Shown here piece after piece: positions 47,446 through 57,363 of a stretch of 64,000 nt of DNA. Below the pieces are notes generated by a model that worked only from the letters and a program-made list of their open reading frames with translations, ran no database searches and was not told the DNA's origin. Position 1 is the stretch's first letter. Every line of letters begins with the position of its first letter. Both the position numbers and the translations under genes were made by a program. This DNA is from Armatimonadota bacterium (GTDB lineage Bacteria > Armatimonadota > Hebobacteria > CAIYQO01). Location: assembly GCA_020060775.1 (NCBI GenBank), contig JAGUZN010000220.1:984-64983 (forward strand). The letters run 5' to 3'.

Positions 47446-47943
47446 TTATGCGGCTTTGCGGTTGATGCTCTCTTGGGCAAGGCTGGTCAGCAGTTCATCG
47501 GTCTGCGATTCTTGCTGCAGTGTCGTTTGCAGCAAATCGGCGACATCGTTGCGGCCGAGCGTGCGGGCATACGTGCGCAGCGTGCCATAGCTGGAGATCT
47601 CGTAATGTTCGACCTTTTGGGCTGCGGCGATCAGGGCGGCATCAATGGCGGCGGCGTTGCCCTTGGCCTTCAGCACTTTCTCGCCGTCACGCAGGATGCC
47701 CTTCATTCCTTTGCACTCTTCTTCCGTCGGCGTGATGCCGAGCATCGTAAAGACCTGGTGCAGGCGATTGATCTGATCGTGTGTTTGTTTCAGATGCGCC
47801 TCGAACTTGGCTTTCAGGCGCGGTGAGGAGGCGTGATCGATCATCTCCGGCATGACCTTCACGATCTGTTGCTCGGCGTCGAGTATATCATTGAGTTCCG
47901 TGACGAATACATCGTGCAGGGAATCGAGCGATTGGTGGCTCAT
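47446..47943 (-). CDS. Ferritin-like DUF892 (YciE/YciF family) protein.
   Basis: 'LHDVFVTELNDILDAEQQIVK..', paired four-helix-bundle repeats and 'KVEHYEISSYGTL'. Confidence 0.78.
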   Translation of the reverse strand: MSHQSLDSLHDVFVTELNDILDAEQQIVKVMPEMIDHASSPRLKAKFEAHLKQTHDQINRLHQVFTMLGITPTEEECKGMKGILRDGEKVLKAKGNAAAIDAALIAAAQKVEHYEISSYGTLRTYARTLGRNDVADLLQTTLQQESQTDELLTSLAQESINRKAA

Positions 47944-48111
47944 AGCGCATCACTCCTTTGCGTACATGCCATCCCGCAATTTCCCACAATTGGTAGCTGC
48001 GGCGATGTCTGCAGGTTCTGTACCCGGCCCGTCGCGACGTAAATTACGGGAGGTGTGCGCGCCACCTCACAGCCGTCGCCGGCACGCATCGTGTACAGCC
48101 GTGGAGTGATA

Positions 48112-49836
48112 TCAGCGTGACAACACGGCCTGTGTCGGGTTGATCGGTGGACGTACGACCCAATCCGTGTCAGGAACGACGTGAAAGAGCCGATTCAGTT
48201 CGCTGAAACCTTCGAGGCAAGCGGGCGTGGGTGCGCCCCCGTTGGTTTTTAACTCGCTGTCCATCATCGCCCGTATGTAGAGGATGCGCCAGCGCCATGA
48301 GGCGCGCACCGACTCCGACAGTAGGCGATCGATATGCTGCATTGCAGCGAAGGCATCCTCGGCTCCGGGGTCGGGCTGAGGCGCGAGGCCTTGCGAGGGG
48401 AACCAGGGAAGCTTCACACCATCCAATTTTCCCGGCCACCAGCGGAAATGATGATTCTGCTCAAGGGTGTATATAACTGAACGCACATCAGCAACAGCTT
48501 CCGGTGAGAAGTAGTATGCGATGTACTCTCCTAGAATCTCGTCCACGGTGGCGTCCGGGTTCCAGTAGAGTTGCGTCCAGAGCACCTTGTTGATATCTTC
48601 GAAGATGCCTTCCGAATAGGGGAACCCCCCGGCGAGGGCATCACTCACGCGAATCCATTCACGATGAAAACGCTTGGGCTGCGGATTGGCGCCAAAGCCG
48701 CCCCAGGGAAACATGCCCCACATGCTGATTTCGGGGAAGCCCACAACCGGCAACCCGAGGGCTGCCCCTTCATGAACGGGAACCTGCTGCTCATCAGGGA
48801 AGAAATGCTCCATAAGGAGCCCATCCACTAATTCCGGTCGCTCCTGCAGGATACGGGCCACGTCACGCCATTCTGCCTGGTTGAAATACCAGGTCGACAG
48901 GATGACCTTGACTCCGGGCAACTTGCGGCGAGCGAGACTGCTCACGGATTCGACACAGCGCATGAATCCGTTGGAACCCCAGGGACGGCACTGTTCGCAG
49001 CCGCATCCTCCCTGGTCGTACGGCCAAATGCCAATATGGCTCGGTTCGACCTCGCGCGCCCAATCGAATTCATCGCCGAGCACCTGCAGAATGTAGTCCA
49101 TGCCGCTGGGAGTGGATGGGCATACCGCCACATCGTAATAGCCGCCACGTTTCGCGGTGGCGTCAGCACGAAGCTCAAGCGGACTATTCGCATACGCCTC
49201 ATTGCCCACGGCGAGCAACATGGTGTCCAATCCGAGCCGTCTGGCTGCCGCCAGCATCTGCCGGAGGCGCTCGCGAAACGCGACGGCTTCGGGGTGATCG
49301 CTGTGCTCGAAATGGTGCATATCGTACCAGACGGCCAGCGTATTCATCCCCCACAGGGCGAGTTCTTCGATGTAACGAATAACCTCATCGATGGGCGCGG
49401 TCTGATAGAAGTTGTAGTAATGTGTCGCAAAGTAGATGCCCCGCAATTTTTTTACCGGTTTGGAAGCGCCGCGCCAGTCGCCCGGGGTGAAGACGCCGGG
49501 GGCAAAGCGCGATGTGCGAAGAAACTTGCCGATGCCGTACAGCACGCCGCGCGCGTCACCGCCAGCGATGCGAACCGTCTCGCATGGGCCATCCTCGATC
49601 GCATACCCCTCAGCATCCAGTTCGGGTAGGATGGATAACTCAATGGTGCAGCTGTGATTGTCAGCACAGCGCACGACTGTGCCGCAGCGTGCAGCGACCT
49701 GCCGGTGAAGCAGATCGGCAAGCGCCTGCAGCAACGGCGACGCATCTGCCGGGACGATGACCCGGATATCCGGTGCATCGGTTGAATATTCTTGCATACT
49801 CATACCACTCCTTGCGTGTATAGTTGCGATGTCCAC
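48112..49836 (-). CDS. Hypothetical protein, possibly a TIM-barrel glycoside-hydrolase-like enzyme.
   Basis: 'LAVGNEAY' (NE catalytic-acid-like) and 'CGCEQCRPWG'. Weak. Confidence 0.4.
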   Translation of the reverse strand: MDIATIHARSGMSMQEYSTDAPDIRVIVPADASPLLQALADLLHRQVAARCGTVVRCADNHSCTIELSILPELDAEGYAIEDGPCETVRIAGGDARGVLYGIGKFLRTSRFAPGVFTPGDWRGASKPVKKLRGIYFATHYYNFYQTAPIDEVIRYIEELALWGMNTLAVWYDMHHFEHSDHPEAVAFRERLRQMLAAARRLGLDTMLLAVGNEAYANSPLELRADATAKRGGYYDVAVCPSTPSGMDYILQVLGDEFDWAREVEPSHIGIWPYDQGGCGCEQCRPWGSNGFMRCVESVSSLARRKLPGVKVILSTWYFNQAEWRDVARILQERPELVDGLLMEHFFPDEQQVPVHEGAALGLPVVGFPEISMWGMFPWGGFGANPQPKRFHREWIRVSDALAGGFPYSEGIFEDINKVLWTQLYWNPDATVDEILGEYIAYYFSPEAVADVRSVIYTLEQNHHFRWWPGKLDGVKLPWFPSQGLAPQPDPGAEDAFAAMQHIDRLLSESVRASWRWRILYIRAMMDSELKTNGGAPTPACLEGFSELNRLFHVVPDTDWVVRPPINPTQAVLSR

Positions 49837-50894
49837 TTCACGCAGTGATCCAGTAACTGTTCGCCCTCATCGCGGCTGGCGCACCAGACCTGCAGCATCA
49901 GCAATGCTGGATCCAGCGAACGCACCAGTGGCTCGACATTGGACAGCGGCACATCGATGTGGACAATTTTCCCCGCGGCCTGAATGTGCTGATACATCTC
50001 CAGGTGCGCTGGCCCATTCGGCGGTTCGCTCGGCGTGGGTATGTACTGGATCACCCTGAGATACGGCAACGACAACAGGCGGGGCAAGTGTTGCCGGGCA
50101 TCGCCGCCATCCAGGTGATACCACAATGCTGAAAACGCCTCGGCATACACCTCGAGTTCCGGTAACACAAACTGGTCGAACTGCTCTGGGGAGAGCATGC
50201 AGGAGACATCCGATTGCGTGACTTTGAATGGTTCGGGCGCCCAAAAACGCATCCATCCAGCATTGCCGTACCAGTAGTGGTGTCCTGCTTCGCGCATGAA
50301 CGCCTGCAACTCATGCTGCACTTGCGCTTGGTCCCGTGCTCCGGTAACCACGGCCTCAGCCATCCACTCGGGATGATCCATCAACCCGAGCATGAAGGCT
50401 TCTGTGCCCATATGCATCGACAACAAGTCGCTGGCAGGCAGCCCGACGGGTTGGCCGAGAAGAAAATTATCTTCGGCGGCCATGGCGCACAGCGCCCGCA
50501 ACAGCGTGCGGTATCGGTGCATCCAGGGGCTGTCCGGGTCGTGCCGAAACGGTGATGGCCGAGAGAAGTCGACCTCCTGCGTGGCAAACCAGATCGTATC
50601 CGGCGCGAATTGCGGCGTGCCGCCCAGGCAGGCCATCCAATTCGCCATCGTCAAACAGGACGGCGCGGCCTCGCCCCCCCACCAGGTCGTCTCCAATTTG
50701 TGGCGAAAGGCGGGGAGCAGGTACTCAGGATCAAGCCAGCGCGCTTCATCATCGGCCGGCTCAGGCACAGCCAATGGACGCATTGTCGGCTGTGGAGCCA
50801 TGACCGCCATGCATGGGCGGTCCAGCCGCTCGCCGTGCCAGAGGGCGGTCAACCGATACTGTGCCTCCGGCCAATCTGCTTTGTACTGCATCAC
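49800..50894 (-). CDS. Hypothetical protein (possibly uroporphyrinogen-decarboxylase/MtaA-like fold).
   Basis: 364-aa ORF overlapping the upstream gene by 37 nt. No firm motif. Confidence 0.4.
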   Translation of the reverse strand: MMQYKADWPEAQYRLTALWHGERLDRPCMAVMAPQPTMRPLAVPEPADDEARWLDPEYLLPAFRHKLETTWWGGEAAPSCLTMANWMACLGGTPQFAPDTIWFATQEVDFSRPSPFRHDPDSPWMHRYRTLLRALCAMAAEDNFLLGQPVGLPASDLLSMHMGTEAFMLGLMDHPEWMAEAVVTGARDQAQVQHELQAFMREAGHHYWYGNAGWMRFWAPEPFKVTQSDVSCMLSPEQFDQFVLPELEVYAEAFSALWYHLDGGDARQHLPRLLSLPYLRVIQYIPTPSEPPNGPAHLEMYQHIQAAGKIVHIDVPLSNVEPLVRSLDPALLMLQVWCASRDEGEQLLDHCVKWTSQLYTQGVV

Positions 50895-51096
50895 ATACCC
50901 TTTATCACAGCGGTAACTGTGAAGTGAGAATCACATTGCTACGTTGGTGAAATTCATCGCCGGCAACCTTGTGAAAATATCGCTACTCGTTTTACAGCAT
51001 GGAAATGAGTACGATGGGTGTGCGGCTATTGATCTCTACAGCCGAACAGGCGATAATCACGAACATCGTTCCCCCGGGCCTGGAAGGAGACCGCAG

Positions 51097-52389
51097 ATGG
51101 CCAACCTCCATATTCGTAATGTCACCGCCGTCATCATGGACGAGCACCATACCATCCTGGAACAGGCCGCCATCGTCACGGATGGGGCGCATATACATTT
51201 TGTCGGTCCACTGGCGCAAGCTCCCGACCCCGCTGCGGATGATGCCGTTATCGATGCCGATGGCATGGTGGCCATCCCCGGGCTGATCAATGCCCATACG
51301 CACCTGGCGATGACGCTCTTCCGGGGGGCGGCTGACGACCTCCCGCTGATGACCTGGCTGCAGGAGAAGATCTGGCCGGTCGAGGCGCATATCACCCGTG
51401 ACGATGTCTACTGGGCCTCGCTGCTGGGCATTGCCGAGATGCTGCGCGCCGGCGTCACCACCTTCAACGACATGTATTGGCATGTCGAAGCGGTGGCCGA
51501 TGCCGTGCGCGAAAGCGGCATCCGCGCCGGCCTGTCGGCCGTGGTCATCGGCGTGGTGCCGCACGCTGAGGCATTGCTGCACGAGGCCGAGGCGCGCGTG
51601 CAAGCGTTTATTGCTGAAGGCCATCCGCGCATCGTGCCCTTCTTTGGCCCGCATGCGCCCTATACGGTGCCGGAAGCGATGATGCGCAAGATTGTTGCGT
51701 TGGCGCACACGTACGGCGTGCGTATGCACACCCACCTGTCGGAAACTGCCGGAGAAGTGGAGTCGAGCCGGAATCTGAGCGGGATGACCCCCATTGCGCT
51801 CATGGACGCCTATGAACTGTTTACCAGGCCAACCACCGTGGCGCATGGCGTGCATGCCACCGACCACGACATTGCCGTGCTGGCGCATCGCGGCGTTGGG
51901 GTGGCGCACTGCCCCAGCAGCAACATGAAGCTCGGCTCGGGCATTGCTCCGGTGCCGGACATGTTGCGGGCCGGCATTGCCGTTGGCCTGGGCACCGACG
52001 GCGCCGGCAGCAATAACACCCTCGATGTGCTGCGCGAGGTGCGGCAGGCGGCGTTGCTGCACAAGGTTGGGGGTGATGCCACCGCCGTGCGTGCAGCAAC
52101 CGCGTTGGCCATGGCCACGCGGCAAGGTGCCGCCGCCATGCACCTGGAGCACCTTGGCATGCTGGCGCCCGGCTACCTCGCTGATATCGCCCTGCTCGAT
52201 TTCCAACAACCGCACCTCACGCCCGGCGGTCGCGTGGTGTCGCATCTGGCCTATGCCGCATACGCCGGCGATGTTGATACCGTGATTGTGCATGGGAAGG
52301 TGTTGATGCGTGGGCGGCAATTCGCTACGCTGGATATAGAGCGTATCCGGGCGCGCGTGCGCGAGAGTGCCGATCGATTGTTTTCGTGA
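51097..52389 (+). CDS. mtaD: Amidohydrolase of the MtaD/SsnA/TRZ-ATZ family (likely 5'-methylthioadenosine/S-adenosylhomocysteine or 5'-deoxyadenosine deaminase).
   Basis: 'AIPGLINAHTHLAMTLFRGAADDLPLMTWLQEKIWPVE', with HxH metal site and conserved D near the C-terminus. GGAAGGAG RBS. Confidence 0.78.
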   Translation: MANLHIRNVTAVIMDEHHTILEQAAIVTDGAHIHFVGPLAQAPDPAADDAVIDADGMVAIPGLINAHTHLAMTLFRGAADDLPLMTWLQEKIWPVEAHITRDDVYWASLLGIAEMLRAGVTTFNDMYWHVEAVADAVRESGIRAGLSAVVIGVVPHAEALLHEAEARVQAFIAEGHPRIVPFFGPHAPYTVPEAMMRKIVALAHTYGVRMHTHLSETAGEVESSRNLSGMTPIALMDAYELFTRPTTVAHGVHATDHDIAVLAHRGVGVAHCPSSNMKLGSGIAPVPDMLRAGIAVGLGTDGAGSNNTLDVLREVRQAALLHKVGGDATAVRAATALAMATRQGAAAMHLEHLGMLAPGYLADIALLDFQQPHLTPGGRVVSHLAYAAYAGDVDTVIVHGKVLMRGRQFATLDIERIRARVRESADRLFS

Positions 52390-52441
52390 GAGGTACAGCC
52401 AACACCGTGCTGCGCGCTGCGGACGGAAAGGAACCCCTGTC

Positions 52442-53278
52442 ATGAAGCTGGCCTTCAGCACCTTGGGTTGTCCAGCGTGGACGCTGGCGCAAGTCATCGA
52501 GGCGGCGCAGCGCGATGGCTACGACGGTGTCGAGTTTCGCGGGCTGCGGGAGACGATTGAACTCACCGAAGCTCCCGACTTTTCCCCTGCCCACATCGCT
52601 GATACGCGCGCTCGCCTGGCGGATGCCGGCGTGGCGGTGGCGTGTGTGTCCACCGGACTGCGCGTGGTGTCGGCGACGACCACGCGCATCGACCGCCATA
52701 CCCTGGTCGAGCATGCCCGCCGTTATGTCGACCTGGCGAAAGAGGTCAACGCGCCCTACATTCGCCTGTTTTGCGGCGAGGTGCCGGAGCATCACCCGCG
52801 CGCCATCGCCCTGGAACAGGCCGTGGATGCTCTGCAGCAGATCGGTGACTTTGCGCAGGGGCGTGAGGTCATCGCCCTGTTGGAGACGCACGACGCCTTT
52901 GTGAGCAGCGGCGAGCTCATGGACCTGCTTCGCCTCACCCATCATCCTGCGGTGCAGGTCCTCTGGGATATCCATCATCCCTACCGCCTGGCCGGTGAGA
53001 CGATTGCCCAGACCATGCGCAACCTGCACGGTCATATCCGCAGCACCCATGTGAAAGACTCGGTGTTGCATGAGGATGGGGAACAGTACACCTTTGTGCC
53101 GGTAGGGCAGGGGGATGTGCCGATCCCCGCGGCCCTGCGCGTGCTGCACGACACCGGATACGACGGTTACCTCACCTTCGAGTGGGAACAGCGCTGGCAC
53201 CCCCACCTCGCCGCGCCCGAGATCGTCTTCCCGCAGTATGTCCGGCAGATGCGCGCCTGGCTCGCGGAACTGCAGTAG
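52442..53278 (+). CDS. Sugar phosphate isomerase/epimerase (xylose-isomerase-like TIM barrel).
   Basis: 'MKLAFSTLGCPAWTLAQVIEAAQRDGYDGVEF'. Confidence 0.68.
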   Translation: MKLAFSTLGCPAWTLAQVIEAAQRDGYDGVEFRGLRETIELTEAPDFSPAHIADTRARLADAGVAVACVSTGLRVVSATTTRIDRHTLVEHARRYVDLAKEVNAPYIRLFCGEVPEHHPRAIALEQAVDALQQIGDFAQGREVIALLETHDAFVSSGELMDLLRLTHHPAVQVLWDIHHPYRLAGETIAQTMRNLHGHIRSTHVKDSVLHEDGEQYTFVPVGQGDVPIPAALRVLHDTGYDGYLTFEWEQRWHPHLAAPEIVFPQYVRQMRAWLAELQ

Positions 53279-53595
53279 ACCGGATGATGGCACACGCCAG
53301 GCCCCGCGCTTTCCGCATCTCGGTGGGGCGGGGCCTGGCGGTTGCAGTCATCCGCCCCCAACTCCCCCTGCCTGCGGAATTTGCACAGCTTAACCGCCAT
53401 CCCCGCCGTTCTCAAGAAAAGTGTCGTAAAGCTGCACATATTCCCTTGACAAGAGGTGCAACACTGGAGGCGATCACTGTCCACGCTGTCGTTTCGCCGG
53501 TCATGTACCTGGTCGCGCGGGGATCGGTTACACACAGCGTGCGCTCGGTGAACATACGAGAACACTGTCACAGGGAACAAAAGGAGGATCTCCCT

Positions 53596-54630
53596 ATGCT
53601 TAGGATGATGGCCGTTCTCGCGGTGGGGGGCGCGATGCTCATCAGCAGCCTCGCGTACGCTGCCCCGAGGGAGCTTTCGAGTGGTGACCTGGACACCGTC
53701 GCGGCTGGTGCGTACATCGACCAGTTCATTCCGACGATGCCGAATTCCGTGAATACCAATGCCGAATTCGCCTATGGCGACATTGCCGAAGCCGTGGGCG
53801 GCGCGGCGATCGTGGGTGATGCCAACGAAGTGACGTTGGCCGGCGCGACATGCGATGGCATTGCCGTGATTGGTAATGACAACATTACCGCTGACAACTC
53901 CAATGTGGTGGACGACGGCGCCGAGGTGGCGATCGCCGGCAATCACAACTCTGCCCTGCGCATCGATCAGGAAGATGCCGTGGCTGCGCTGGTGATTGGC
54001 CCCAATGCCACGTTCGATATCACCTTCAACGATGTTGAAGGCCTGATCGACGACGGTTCCGCCGTCGTCATCGGCGACAATAACCTGGTGGACGTGTACA
54101 TGGATGACACGGACGTCTATGGCACCATTGGCGGTAATTTCAGCCTTGTCGATACGAATACGGCAACTGCGACGATTGCGCAAACCAATACCGCCAACGC
54201 GAGTGGCGAAAGCAGTGCCGATATCACGCAGGCCAACATCGCCAACATCACCATCAACCAGAATGGCGATAACGACGATGCCTATGGCGTCATTGCGAAG
54301 GAAGCCAAGGTCGATCACGCCTTCAACGTGGATGAGCTCTACGTTGACGTGTCAGCGGATATCTGTGGTTCCTTCAACAAGGAAGACACCGCGATTAGCA
54401 TCTGCGGGCAGAATGGCGTATCCACCAATGTGAACGGCAATGCGGCCGGCCTGCAGGAAATCGGCTCATTGCTCAACACCACGAACGCCGCTGCCTCCGG
54501 CACCGGCGCGTTGGCCGATAACGGCTCGAGCATCTCGGCTGATGCCTTTGCGGACACCGCCGCCACCCAGATCGTGTTGAACGGCGTGTGCGTGGGGATC
54601 GGCATCTTCGTCGATGGTGGTGCTCGATAG
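53596..54630 (+). CDS. Secreted Asn/Asp/Gly/Ala-rich imperfect-repeat protein, paralog 1. Candidate amyloid-type fibre subunit.
   Basis: Signal peptide MLRMMAVLAVGGAMLISSLAYA, then 'ELSSGDLDTVAAG'. Repeats of the type 'IAVIGNDNITADNSNVVDDGAEVAIAGNHNSAL' and 'ANITINQNGDNDDAYGVI'. RBS AAGGAGGATCTCCC is identical to that of paralog 2. Confidence 0.7.
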   Translation: MLRMMAVLAVGGAMLISSLAYAAPRELSSGDLDTVAAGAYIDQFIPTMPNSVNTNAEFAYGDIAEAVGGAAIVGDANEVTLAGATCDGIAVIGNDNITADNSNVVDDGAEVAIAGNHNSALRIDQEDAVAALVIGPNATFDITFNDVEGLIDDGSAVVIGDNNLVDVYMDDTDVYGTIGGNFSLVDTNTATATIAQTNTANASGESSADITQANIANITINQNGDNDDAYGVIAKEAKVDHAFNVDELYVDVSADICGSFNKEDTAISICGQNGVSTNVNGNAAGLQEIGSLLNTTNAAASGTGALADNGSSISADAFADTAATQIVLNGVCVGIGIFVDGGAR

Positions 54631-54969
54631 ACCATCGCGGCTGATAACAGGTGAAACCAGGTGTGCGCACCCCGGGCATGCAATGGCTCGGGGTGCGTTG
54701 CTTAGTGTTGATACCCTGCGGAGCCCCGGAAGAGGGAGTGGATGAGAAAGTTGACAGATGCTCGGTTTTGCACAGGTTCTCCACCAGACGGCTTGTTCGT
54801 CAAGAAAGTGACGCCACTCCTGCACATATCTCCTTGACAATCGGTGTGATACTGAGGGCGATCATCGTACCGCCAACCCGCATGGCTGGTCGGGGTACTT
54901 CCCGCGCGACGACCCAGACAGGGACGCCGGAACGGTGAGACTATCACTGGGAAGTAAGGAGGATCTCCC

Positions 54970-55857
54970 ATGAAGACGAATGTGGGCGCGTTGCTGGTGG
55001 CAGGGCTTTTCCTCTGCAGCAGCATCGCAATCGCCGCACCGAAAGCACTTTCGAGTGCCGAGCTGGATGGCGTGGCGGCCGGGTTTGGTAACTGGGCCCC
55101 CCCGTCGACGAACAATACCCCGCAAAACATCCCCTTTATGGTGACCGAGGATGTCGCGGTGGCTGAACTCGGTGGACTGGCGATTGACGGTAACGAGAAC
55201 GAATACAAAGAGGCCTTTGCATCTGAAGATGCTATTGCCGTGATCGGCAATGACAACGAGACGATCGATGGCAGCAATTTCGTTGATGGTGATGGTGACT
55301 GCGAGATTGCCATCGCCGGCGAGATGAACGAAGCCATCTCGATCGAGCAGGATGCCGACTTCGCGCTGGTGGCCGGTGAGAACCTGTCGCTGAACGCGAC
55401 CTATAACGAAATCGGCAGTGTGGACGAGTCGGCGGTCGTGCTCGGCACCAACAATCACGTGACGGTGACGCAGGACGACACCTATATCGATGGTTTCATC
55501 GGCAACGGTGGCTACGGTGTGATTGCCAAGGAAGCCTGTGTCGTAGATTCCTTCAACACCAGCATCGTCGAGACCTATGTCACGGTGACCATTGAAGATT
55601 CGTTCAACTGCATTTCCAACACCCTGGACATCTCCGGCCAGAACAACATGACCGCGCTGGTGAATGCCAATACGTTGGGCGATCAGTACATCGGCGTGGC
55701 CGTGAACGTGACTAACGCGGCTGCGACCTCGAGTGCGCCTGGTCCGTCGGCGCCGGTGGTGGCGACCGCGCAAACGGCGGTTACCCAGGTTGTGGTCAAC
55801 GGCTCCTGCTTCTTCGGCATCGGAGTCATTGATCTCTTCCCTGGTAATGGCGGTTAA
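54970..55857 (+). CDS. Secreted Asn/Asp/Gly-rich imperfect-repeat protein, paralog 2.
   Basis: Signal peptide MKTNVGALLVAGLFLCSSIAIA, then 'ALSSAELDGVAAG'. Repeat content similar to paralog 1. Confidence 0.7.
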   Translation: MKTNVGALLVAGLFLCSSIAIAAPKALSSAELDGVAAGFGNWAPPSTNNTPQNIPFMVTEDVAVAELGGLAIDGNENEYKEAFASEDAIAVIGNDNETIDGSNFVDGDGDCEIAIAGEMNEAISIEQDADFALVAGENLSLNATYNEIGSVDESAVVLGTNNHVTVTQDDTYIDGFIGNGGYGVIAKEACVVDSFNTSIVETYVTVTIEDSFNCISNTLDISGQNNMTALVNANTLGDQYIGVAVNVTNAAATSSAPGPSAPVVATAQTAVTQVVVNGSCFFGIGVIDLFPGNGG

Positions 55858-55953
55858 GTCGCCGCAGTCGGTTCGAACGCAAGGCGGAAGGCTTTGTCGT
55901 TCGTCTGCACGGGGGCCGGGCTCACCCGGCCCCCACCGAGATAGGAGGGAGTG

Positions 55954-56484
55954 ATGACCACGAAGATTCTGCGATGGATGCTGCTCGGTGTCCTGAGCAT
56001 CCTGTGCATCAGCATCGTGGCTGCGGCGACTCCCCGCCCGTTGGCCGACCACCAGTTGGATGACGTGTACGCTGCGGGGTTCGATGTACAGGTCGATTTT
56101 AACATGGATGTTGCGGCGGAACGGCCGGAATCGGTCATTTTGCTATCCGGCGATCAACAAGCGTTGGAGTCGCTCGCCGGTCAGGGGATCACCCTGACGC
56201 GCACCATGGGCGGCGGGCGCAACACCGCCGGGCTCGACCCGAACGGCACCTATGTGCCGAATTTGCAAAACCTGACCAATAACACGATCAATCTCTCTGG
56301 AAACGCGTTGCAGAACGCGACGAGCCTGCTCAACATTTTTGCGTTGGAAGGCGATGTCGCGGTCGGTCTGAACCTGAACGTGGTGGTAAACCCGGTGAAC
56401 AGTCCGGTGAATGTGTCACAAATGAACCTAAACTGGGGCACACTCAATCTTTCGAATGCGTTGCCGACATTCGCTTCCCCGTGA
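55954..56484 (+). CDS. Secreted repeat protein, paralog 3 (shorter).
   Basis: Signal peptide, then 'LADHQLDDVYAAG'. N/L/T-rich repeats 'LNLNVVVNPVNSPVNVSQMNLNWGTLNLSN'. Confidence 0.6.
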   Translation: MTTKILRWMLLGVLSILCISIVAAATPRPLADHQLDDVYAAGFDVQVDFNMDVAAERPESVILLSGDQQALESLAGQGITLTRTMGGGRNTAGLDPNGTYVPNLQNLTNNTINLSGNALQNATSLLNIFALEGDVAVGLNLNVVVNPVNSPVNVSQMNLNWGTLNLSNALPTFASP

Positions 56485-56524
56485 AACGAGTAGACTAGAG
56501 GAGAAGCGTAACCCCGGAGGACGT

Positions 56525-57247
56525 ATGCGAAAGTTGAACCATCTGGTCACGATGACCGTGTTGGTATGGTGGGTTCTACTGCGAACCTCACCCGCGCTCG
56601 CGGGTGAGGTTCGCGTCCCCACCTCATCGTTTGGCGCCGGCATTTCGGTGAGCGTTGAGGTGAAGAGCATCAAAGAGATGCGCGAGGACGAGATGGTGCT
56701 GCAGCGGCTGGACTACAGTTGCGGGTCAGCCGCCCTCTCCACGATGTTCACGTCCTACCTGCACCAGGCCTACACGGAGGAGGAGATCATCGACTTTCTC
56801 CTGCAGAGCGGCAATATGCAAAAGTTTCTGGCGCGCAAAGGGTTTTCCATGCTTGACCTGAAACGCTTTGCGGAAGCGCATGGGGTCAAGGCGATCGGCT
56901 ATGAACTGGACCTGGAGAGCCTGGCAGAACTGAACCAGCCGGTGCTCATCCCGCTCTTCCGCAAAGCACAGGATATGCGTCACTTTGTGATCTTCCGTGG
57001 CATGCATGATGGCCGTGTCTTCCTGGCAGACCCGGCGGTGGGGCGTACGGTTATTCCCGTTGCGCAGTTTGAAGAGGAATGGACGCCGCGCGTCGGCATG
57101 GTCTTCCAGCGCCCGGGCTGGCCGACATGCGACGTGCATGCGCTGGCGGTTGAGGATCGCGATCGCATTTATCTGGATACCGAGCAAGTACGCGCCTTGA
57201 TTACCAATACCGTGGCGGACGTCTTCCACCAGGCGAATGAGTTTTAA
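56525..57247 (+). CDS. Secreted papain-like C39-family cysteine peptidase (stand-alone).
   Basis: Signal peptide. Catalytic Cys context 'QRLDYSCGSAALSTMF'. His context 'MRHFVIFRGMHDGRVFLADPAVG'. Confidence 0.75.
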   Translation: MRKLNHLVTMTVLVWWVLLRTSPALAGEVRVPTSSFGAGISVSVEVKSIKEMREDEMVLQRLDYSCGSAALSTMFTSYLHQAYTEEEIIDFLLQSGNMQKFLARKGFSMLDLKRFAEAHGVKAIGYELDLESLAELNQPVLIPLFRKAQDMRHFVIFRGMHDGRVFLADPAVGRTVIPVAQFEEEWTPRVGMVFQRPGWPTCDVHALAVEDRDRIYLDTEQVRALITNTVADVFHQANEF

Positions 57248-57363
57248 ATTTACCGTGTGAACCGTCAACATATACCGATGGCATCCCACTGTGATGGGAT
57301 CGGCAGTCGAGAGAAAACGATCGAAGAGTGATTAAAAACACGAGCTGAGAGGAGAAGATATCC

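Noticed and set aside
53182-53595. Upstream extension of the first repeat-protein ORF (starting at 53182), which overlaps the preceding isomerase gene.
   Set aside because: The extension overlaps the 3' end of 52442..53278 in another frame and is Arg/Pro-rich GC-artefact sequence. The signal peptide and AAGGAGG RBS define the start at 53596.
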